The notes below the pieces were generated by a model. The model searched no databases. It was not told the DNA's origin and saw only the letters and a program-made list of their open reading frames with translations. The translations under genes and the position numbers were made by a program. Positions 54,701 through 64,000 of a DNA stretch of 64,000 nt are shown in pieces. This stretch comes from Mizuhopecten yessoensis (lineage: Eukaryota), in NCBI RefSeq assembly GCF_002113885.1, contig NW_018407983.1:1-64000 (forward strand), given 5' to 3'. The first letter of the stretch is position 1; each line of letters starts with the position of its first letter.

Positions 54701-56575
54701 ATACCCATACTTATATAGAGATATAAGAAAGCCGGAATCGTTATCGTAAACGGCTTTACACAAGAGCATATATCCGTCAAATTATCGAAACATGTAAATT
54801 AACATCACTATCAGAACGTTTTTTTTTTCATTTACAAATTATTCCCGATTATGTTTTGCCGTAAAATTTTCTAAATGTTGACAGATTTAAGTTAACAACT
54901 TGAAATATTTCATAAATATATCACTATTGAATTATCCTTTATACTCACAATTTTGAAATAGAATTTTGTAAGAACAATAAACTGTTGGTGGAACCATTCA
55001 ATGACACGTAGGAACAGTAAACTACAGCTAAAATGAATAACTTGAGGAACAATTCACTTACTTATGAAACGTTAATGAGTATATTGGAAATATATTACTA
55101 CATAAAACGGTGATCAATTTATTGCAAATTTTTCTGGCAGCGGCTGAACTCTAATTAAATTAAAACTGAACAGATTCCACCATGGGATAAAAACACACAC
55201 ATATAGCACCAATAACGTTTGCATTTTTATTTTACTTAAAACATACAACATTGCCTTAAGTAGATCGGAATAACCATTTCATTATCACAATTGATCTACC
55301 ATGTATTTATGATATTATAATAGTCGGGTGGCACTGTTGATAGCGCACTCGCTTTTCAAACAGATGGCCGGGTCTCGATTCCCCGATCGGACATGGGAAT
55401 GTATCTGGTCACCTGCTCGACCACGCAGATTTTTTATGTTCCTGATTTTAGTACCCTGTACCCCGTACCCCGTACCCCGTGCCCTGTACCCCGTACCATG
55501 TAGCCCATACCGTATACCCTGTACCATGTAACTCCTACCCTGTTACCCGTATCCCGTACCCTGTACTGTCACAGCACAATACTTTCTAAACGATGTTCAG
55601 CGATGTAAATACAGTTCAAATATATCTTTGTTCGATCTGTTATACGTATTTTGTATCACTGCACAGTGGATAACATCGTTTCTGGTGTTTAAAAAGGAAT
55701 AAGTGAACTCACAAATCGAATTGATTTAAGAATTGATTGATAATACCCGCATTTTAAGTGTATTTCCCTATGCAGGCAAACACAATGTTTTGCTACGATA
55801 CACATCAAAGTCTTGCATCTGTCTACGCTTCACCATGTACCCCGTTCCATGTTCCCCGTATCCTGTACCATGATTCATGTACTGATTATTTTCACGATAC
55901 AATACGCATCACAGCAAAATGCATTCGATACGATATTTATCTTTATAAAAGGGAACGGGGTAAGGGATACACGACACAGGATACGAGAATCGGGTACATC
56001 AGGTTTTCTCCGGTTACTCCAGCTTAATACCATATGAATACCATAATAATCTTTTATTGTGTATACAATATGAATATCGCATTACGAATATTTTTTTTAT
56101 ATCAAGTATTTTTTAAACGATATCTGAATATCAAAATTACACCGAATGTTATATTTTCCTTTAAACAAACAATTTTCTTCACATTTGGTGAGAAGGGATA
56201 TCCAAAACGATTTTGTTATTATTATATGAATCGCCGGTAGCTACTACCTTGATAATTTCCTTTCATGTATTTAAAGTTAAAACTTTAATCACAGGTTACG
56301 TCATGCATGGCCATTTCATTCGCGGGAAAAGATACACATTTCCTCGTCGATTGCCTGTATGTCTGAAGAAAAATACACCTGACAAAATCTTTCACAGTAT
56401 AATTTACTAGCCGAGAAATGCAACAACATTTCTCCGAAATAGCTTTTATGTGTTCACAGAGATTAATGATAATGAATAATGGTTGTGTAACCTACCTATA
56501 TCTATCTATAGATATCAGTTGTTTATAACCGTGTATTGTTGGACGATAGACCATGAACGTTCATGTACATTCAAT

Positions 56576-58100
56576 TCAACACGCGAAATTCTTATCAAGC
56601 GTCTATTCGAATTCAACCTGTCTCAATTTAGTAGAGGTTTTGTTCCCGACATTGTTAATATTTTACAAAAATACAATTTGTATCATGTTATTGATGAATT
56701 TTTGAAGAGTGGTGTATTTCCAAACAAATGTCAAATTCAATGGAAGCGTTGGGTCAATGACCATGTAAAAAACTATGAACAGTTTAATTTATGTGAAAGA
56801 ATGAACGCTGATAGGGACTTCTCTCGCTTCACTCTTTTACATAATAAGATACAACCGTATGCTGTATGGAAAATTGCTTTACGCTTTCCACAATACAGTC
56901 CATGTTTAAAGTAAGTTGTTAAACTTTGTGTTGAAATGCGCGATAATGAAAATATATATTTGTGTCATTACTGTGGATCTATGCACAAAGATACTTTTAT
57001 GCATAGTGTACTCGAATGCTCACACACAGAGCTATTACGAAACCAGCTCTGGTGTGTACTCAGTACTGTAAAAGATATAGATTTTGTGTTTAATCTTAAT
57101 GTAATGTCTAATTACCATCTACTTCATGTTCTTCTTGGTGGTATTTTCAACTATGATTTATCTCCATATGAACTGGAGGACTTTAGAATAAAATCCATTG
57201 TTATTATTACTAAAATTCTTCAATACAGTTGTATTATGTAATTTATCCTTAGATATTTGAATGTTGTATACTGAGAAATATGATCACAAATTTACTTGTG
57301 TGTACCTCACGCTTCAGCAAGATTAATACATGAAATACATATATTTTTGTAGTCATATTAGTAGGCAAGCATTCCCTACGTCTTTTCTGTTATACCATTG
57401 CACAATTGGGCTGCATGATTAGTGCAACTTACTACCATTCATAATATTGTTTGTATTGTATGAATTAATCTTGTGATATGTATTACTACAACTGAAATCA
57501 TTGCATGGTTGACCTGTTTCTTCAAGTTAATCATTATATTGTATGTTGTGTATTTCACACCACTGTATGACTATATTGTATGACTTCGTGCAACGGGTTC
57601 TACTCAATGTATGATTGTATTGTAAGACTTATGTTACAGTAATACTGTCTATAATAATGCTGTATGATTTATAGTGTGCTGCTTGTAATACTGTTTATTA
57701 CAATGCTGTATGATTGCTTAGTACGAGAAGTGTATTACTGTCTATACTATCATATGATAATGTAGTTTGAGGAGTGTAAATATGTCTATTATATCAATGT
57801 ATGATGTTATGTATGATTAGTGTTATACTGTCTATCATCATAATTATCATCGTATAATGACTGTAATAGTACCTATTATATCATTGTGTTGTGTTTATAG
57901 TACTTTATGGTATGATGCGGGTACTATTATTATTCTCTTATGTGTGTGTCTGTCCAGGTGCATGAGTGTGTCACTATGTAAGGGTGTGACCATGATTGTG
58001 AATGCTCTTTCTTCTCTTTAAATAGTGTTGAATTGTACGTGTATTGTTCGTTATTTCTGTAACTCTTCATTTCTGGAGGAAATAAAGGAAATAATAATAA
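56576..58100 (+). mobile_element. 3' fragment of a non-LTR retrotransposon, copy B
   Basis: Near-identical to 44003-45527, with a different premature stop (TAA at 56912-56914). Confidence 0.75.
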
Positions 58101-60227
58101 CATTATCTATCTTGTTTATATATATACCAATTTGAGGCATCGCTAAACATCTTACATTTGTATATATCGTAATAAAGACGTTGAAGTCGAAATCTTTGAT
58201 GTTGCACACTGCTAATGGATGCACTTAAAATTTAAGTATTTTTATCCACCCACTTAGTTATGGTGCTATTGTAAAAGGTGTTGGCCTAATTTACTAGCCG
58301 AGAAATGCAACAACATTTCTCCGAAATAGCTATTATGTGTTCACAGAGATTAATGATAATGAATAATGGTTGTGTAACCTACCTATATCTATCTATAGAT
58401 ATCAGTTTGTTTAATAACCGTGTATTGTTGGACGATAGACTATGAACGTTCATGTACATTCAATATTGTATGCATTTGAAGGTTTAAAAGAATTCTATTT
58501 ATATCTATATCCTGTCTAACTCACGGTAATTCCGCCGATCTTACCACGACAGTCGGACATGAAATCTGTCAAACGCTGATTTCATGTGTTGACGAGCGAT
58601 GCCAATAGAATGGTATATAGAAAAGGGGATGGTTTCTTTCTTGTTTTCTTTTAAAGGGACACTGAGGAAATAAAGAAAACATCGCTGTATCCCACTGCAT
58701 GTGTATCGTGAAAGGCGACTAATGTGGGGCCCCTGCAGAATCGAGTTTTTTTCTGTGTCTTCTAATAAGGGAACATGGACGAGGCCAAAATTCATCTGCT
58801 GCCCCCAATTGCAACACTTGGTTTCGTTTTCGTTTCCGATCTTTCCTGTCTTCTGCCTTTATCTTTCTACCTTTAGTTTCCGGCGGTGTCTCTCTAGGCA
58901 AACAAACTATCAGAAGGTTCTTTATTTACAAATTATTCTCAATCATTTATGCGGTAAGTTTTTTTTCTTATAATTCAGTTTTAAGTTAACGAATGATTTC
59001 TTGACATATTACGTGAATAAATCACTACTATTTTTTATATTTGAGGAATTATAGTTTATCATCACAACTTTCGCGGTGCAAAAACTAGGATTTCATCATT
59101 GCGTAAAGACAGAGTGACAATTCATTTTGAAATATCATTATATTTCCCCTTATGTTCTCTTACCCTGACAAGCGTATCCACACGTTTTTCGGTGTGTGAT
59201 AAATAGAATATCTCACCCTCCTTGGGGAAGTTTCTTAAATTGCCAAAACACGAGGCTTTGCCAATCAAGGGGGTGAATGATTCTTTTTGTCTTGTTCAGC
59301 TATGTTCACACATTGTGTCTCATAAACATAATGTATTGTTTACTTAATAGGCCAAATACATGTATTGTTGAGGTGACGTCATTGTATTGTATACGAGACG
59401 TCACACAACTGTTATGAATAGGGGAATCCCCCCTCTCAACCATAGGGTATCCTGCTCAATATTGTATCCCTTGGGTTTTAATTACCTTACACATACCTCA
59501 CATCAGGGATGGGTTCTGTTACAGATGCTCTTCTAGTACAGTTATAACCTGTCCACTTAGAGTGTGACATCCATGTTTATGACAATATAGTATGTGGATA
59601 GTGGTGGAAAATTCGTTTAAAATGATAACATATCTTAAAACCGAGATATGCTGTGGTGTATTTCCATTAAAGACATTTGAAATAACCAGTTTTGCCATAT
59701 AAAAGTAATAGACATTTTCAATTAATTAATAATTTCCAATTCAAAGGAACATTTTTTGCAGTTATATGGGGACCTAAATGTAGATTAAAATTTCCCAAAA
59801 AAACTCATCAAGTTCAGTTTTCTGATTGTTTAAGATAAGATACTTAGACTGGAAATTGATACTGGTACATAAATCTGAACTGGTCAAGTGAATTAGAGTC
59901 TATGATACATCTGTAACACACAAAATAAAACCAACAATCTTAAAAGGTAGCGTCGACCACAGTGTCGATACACAGGGATAAGACATTAGTGTGAGACTGA
60001 GATCTTCAAAAATTATACCGTCAACAAATAGAGACTATAATGACCTGAACGACCAAATAAAAGTGCAAATTGATAGAGACATAACGCACGTCTTAACAAG
60101 TAAAGTTATATAGAAATATATTAAAGTGTCACCAGAACCACACACAAATATGAACGACATGAAAAGAAAAAAGACTCTGATTTAAACTTGTTTCGTAATT
60201 GTTGTAAAATAAATAAAGTTTGTAGAA

Positions 60228-60840
60228 TTAACAAGTAAATTCACATGAGTTATACATGTACTGGAGCACGAAACCACACCACCATGTCTCCACAACATTG
60301 TCGCACCCAAGTCTCAAAATTACAGCTTCAGATATACAAACATTTTGGACATCCCACATGTTAAGACTACTACATACGGTATAAAATCCTTCAAATATGC
60401 AGCAGTCTGTCTTTGGAATAATCTTCCTGAAAACTTTAGGACCACAACAAATTACGGCCATTTTAAATCTTTAATATCCTCCTGGAATGGAACCAAATGT
60501 AAATGTGCATCCTGCAAATAATAAATACCCACATTATTCTAACCTCATCTTCTCTTTATCCAGCCTACAGTGTCTCCATTGAAAACTTTTGATTTCAAAG
60601 CCTTGTTTTAATTTAATTTAATTCAATTTATTGATATATGGTATATGGACTTTTGAGTGTTTTGAAACACTATAACTATTATCAAAGTAATATATGAACA
60701 ACATGTGTTTGATATTAGTAATTGATGTCTTAATGTATTGCATTTTATGTACCATGTATCTGTATGTGTATATGTATATGTCGGTCAAAAGCTCTTCAGA
60801 GCTTATGTTATTTTGTTATATACCCACCGACTTATTATCT
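60228..60840 (+). mobile_element. Extreme 3' fragment of a CR1/L2-like LINE with 3' UTR
   Basis: Reads ...YSFRYTNILDIPHVKTTTYGIKSFKYAAVCLWNNLPE...WNGTKCKCASCK*, paralleling the C-terminus at 16079-16279; terminal stem-loop GTCGG...CCGAC at ~60780-60831. Confidence 0.75.
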
Positions 60841-61454
60841 TACGACATTCTAGGTAAGGCTTATCTATTTCCATGTAGATTGTCTTTGTGAATAACAATT
60901 ATGCATTTAATGTCTTCAAACACAGTTTGGAAATCCGGTTCTTGTTCTCGGAATTGTCAACATCTAGAGACTCAAATTACCTGAATGACCAAATAAAAGT
61001 GCAAATTGATAGAGACATAACGCACGTCTTAACAAGTAAAGTTATATAGAATACGTATATTAAAGTGTCACCAGAACCACACACAAATATGAACGACATA
61101 AAAAGAAGAAAAAAAGTTTGGAAATCCGGTTATCACCTACCCACTCCTTAAATGGTTCTGCATTGTTAAGGAACCTATAAATGCCCAAGCACTTCGTGAT
61201 TTTTACGGACATTGCAAAAGTCTTCAAACCACAGCACAAGTCGCATAAACGTAAGTGAATATTTTTTTACCTTGTTAAGAATATATACTACTTTAAGCAT
61301 TGCTTTTTTTAACATTGTTTATCTCTTTTTATCTCATTCATTACAGTTTATATACTGCACATACAACTTTTCAATGTTCCTTTCAGATACGTTTTTTCTT
61401 AAAACGGATAAGGAGATATTGTGAATAATCTTTAACAATATACATATATAACTT

Positions 61455-61818
61455 GGGAGGCACGCTAGTCTAGTGCTAGGACGCTGGGCTCGTGACCGAA
61501 GGGTTGCGGGTTCGCGTCACGGCACGGCACTGTGTTGTACCTTGAGCAAGATACTTTACTCCGCTTGTTCCTGTCTAATCAGCTGTAAATGAGTACGTGG
61601 TTGGGCAGTGCTAGAATTGTTGAATGCTAGCTGTGAACGCAAAAATGGCAGCACCGGCTGTATGCTCCCCAGGGAGTTGAGGAAAATATTGGCTGGTTGC
61701 AAAGGCGTTATAACCACGGATAATAATTTGTGAACCACTTTGAGACGACCGACAAACTAGGTTGTGATAAAGCGGTATATAAGAACCTCAAATTATTATC
61801 ATTATTATTATTATTATA
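61455..61818 (+). mobile_element. Full-length tRNA-derived SINE with conserved central domains (CORE/Deu-like) and an (ATT)n tail
   Basis: A box TAGTCTAGTG, B box GGTTCGCGTC, CCTTGAGCAAGATACTT, GGCTGTATGCTCCCCAGGGAGTTGAG, LINE-like tail AAAGCGGTATATAAG, then (ATT)n. Confidence 0.8.
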
Positions 61819-62132
61819 TAAATTGAGTTAAATATATAACCACATTATCTATTCCAAATCTATTAATAATTAAAGATGTTGCTTAATATTTGTTCCAGTA
61901 TATATGTAATGCATATTGTCGATTAACGACTTAATTTCCTCGTCCTGGTTCGCAGCCACAGAATGCGTCTTAGACTGTTTGATCTAAATTTAGATTTAGA
62001 TCTAAAACTAAATGTAGACACAGGTACTTACCTCGGTCATAACTAAACATATCGTTAACTTACATCATTTAAATAAAAACATGATTATTTGTTTAGTTCG
62101 GACAGTGATAAATGTTTATAACTTAGCAGAGA

Positions 62133-64000
62133 ATGGCAACTACACCAAATTGGGCATCAGGGAACGACGCTACGGATGGTCCAACAGCCATAGGTAAATC
62201 AGAAATTAGATAACAATACATTATATTTACATTCTGCTTTGACCCATTGACGAAAATGACATTCATTTTTCCATAACACATGTGACCTCATCACTGCGTA
62301 GTTTTGTTATGCGGATATGATTAACATTAAACATGATTGGTTTGATTTTAAAGCTAGAATAAGATGTGTAAAGTATTTGATAATGATAAAAATATATGAC
62401 TTGCATGAATTATACGAATTACAGTTTTGAAAATGGAACTATTTTTTTATTTTGTTTTGTTGCCATGCTGTTGCTAGGACTCTGAGCGAAAGTTTTACAT
62501 TTTCCCGCGAAAACACGCTGTTCTCTCTACTGCGTTGCCCCCATGTATAAATAGAAAAAAATGACTGATTTTTATTTTATTTATGATTGCATCGGAAAAT
62601 TTAAAGCCCTTTAAAAATGTAAATATAGGTCAGAACAACTTAAACGTAATATTCGTCATTTATCCCAAAAGTTGATTCATGACAGTTCATTTATCGCTTT
62701 CAAATATGATTATATTATTACTATTTAATGGAGACTGGCAGGATTGGGACTTATTATCATGACTATTACTATAATTGATTTCCTCAACAAATATGTTATA
62801 CTGATTTTTTTTTAATTCCCTACAAATGTTAGTGTATTATTTTTTGTATTATATTGATTGACCAAACAACAATTAAATTGAAGAATAAAATTATTATAGA
62901 TAATCTCCAGTCTGCGAAGGACGAGTATCAGTTGGTGGAATCCGTCCCAGGCCTTCCCTCTAGAGCAAGTATTTTACGCACTCGTTAGTTTATTATGTAG
63001 ATTCAATATTATGTATGCTAAGCAGGTCAACACTTTGTAATTTTAATTATTGTATCAAGATAAAGCTTGAAGAGGAATATCACTGATGTCGACATGGTGG
63101 TTTTAAGGAGAATGGTTTTTTTATTATATCACAATAACGACTATGTGGAGATCGGGCATGTTTCATCTTGAAAATAAATGTACCATGTTAACTAAATAGT
63201 ATTAACGTATTTTCTTTTTACAGGTGAAAACACTGCCAAGACAAGAGGCGTTTAGCTGGCACGAGACGGTTAATATTTCATTCATTTTTATATTAAATTA
63301 CATATACACGTATACAGACCAGCTAACTACTGTGAGTAGTTTCGGAAACTAATAATATATATACATACATGCATTTAGCAGATTATAATTTTGCTGCTAC
63401 TTATTGAGTGTAAATTTGTACACATATCCAATATACTAAAATATGATTCAAATACAAATGCAGTTAAACAAAGATTCGAACAATAAATCTTAAAATGTGT
63501 GCATAATTAGTTTAAAGATTTTCCGTGCGTAGAGTTGTTGTTTTCAACGAAGCAGTGATCAAGAAAACAAAAATTTGAAATTTATTTTGCATGAATCCAT
63601 TTCATGAAACAGAAACTTTATAAAATTTGGAATTTGTCCCTACTGTTCCTGCATTTATATCCTAAAGCAACGATGGTTTTTTTTCTTCTCAGCTTCGCGC
63701 CTATGGTCTTCTTATTGTGTTGGGTAGTATTGGCTTCCTCATCGATAAATTTCTCACTTGGAAATGGGATAAATTGTCAGACCTTTTGAATGCGTATAGA
63801 TGGAAACTTTCCAAACCTCCGACGGTAAGTACAGGCTGAGTTCATGTTTAATCATTTGACGACAATCAAACAAATGTGACCATATTTCATCTCAGTCATT
63901 ACAAAATAGTTGTGATTTCTCTGTCCAATCAACTCTCTTTTGTATAAATTAACTATTATCTTCGGATTGAAACATTGATTTTTTTCAGACTGAAATTTGG
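62133..64000 (+). CDS. Second lipoxygenase paralog, 5' part. Exons: 62133-62193, 62900-62964, 63224-63268, 63693-63824, 63989 to window end
   Basis: Colinear and highly similar to 3298-5420, introns included; frame and splice sites intact. Confidence 0.9.

Larger units (their letters stand above)
36975..60012. repeat. Tandem segmental duplication, period about 12.57 kb (unit A ~36975-47426, unit B ~47461-60012)
   Basis: Colinear matches such as 43185/55758 and 44668/57241 (offset 12573) and 40200/52797. Homology ends after GAGATCTTCAAAAA (47426/60012). Confidence 0.95.

Noticed and set aside
61455-61530. tRNA gene
   Set aside because: A/B boxes continue into SINE body and tail, with no proper acceptor stem or T-run terminator.

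Overview
AT-rich, intron-containing animal genomic DNA; the repeat content is consistent with an invertebrate, probably a mollusc (inference). There are two assembly gaps (679-1262, 1970-2506). Genes: (1) a complete 16-coding-exon lipoxygenase on + (3464-13379, about 563 aa, catalytic domain only, no PLAT domain); (2) the 5' part of a second, recently duplicated copy (62133 to window end) whose N-terminal exons differ almost only by amino-acid-changing substitutions; (3) a VPS54 copy on - (32686-25985) that breaks off after about 356 codons and is followed by damaged 3' exons of an unidentified gene. The rest is transposon debris (ISL2EU-like, CR1/L2-like LINEs, SINEs, MITEs), minisatellites, a 25-bp satellite and a tandem segmental duplication with a period of about 12.6 kb. 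Several minisatellites are amplified exon/5'-splice-site junctions. The most unusual object is a repeat-spacer array at 34295-35437: three exactly 139-nt repeats plus a truncated fourth. Each repeat is bounded by AAC...GTT and folds strand-specifically into a ~36-bp G-U-rich hairpin. The repeats are separated by 298, 198 and 184-nt spacers that are related but highly diverged. All analysis was by eye; no searches were run.
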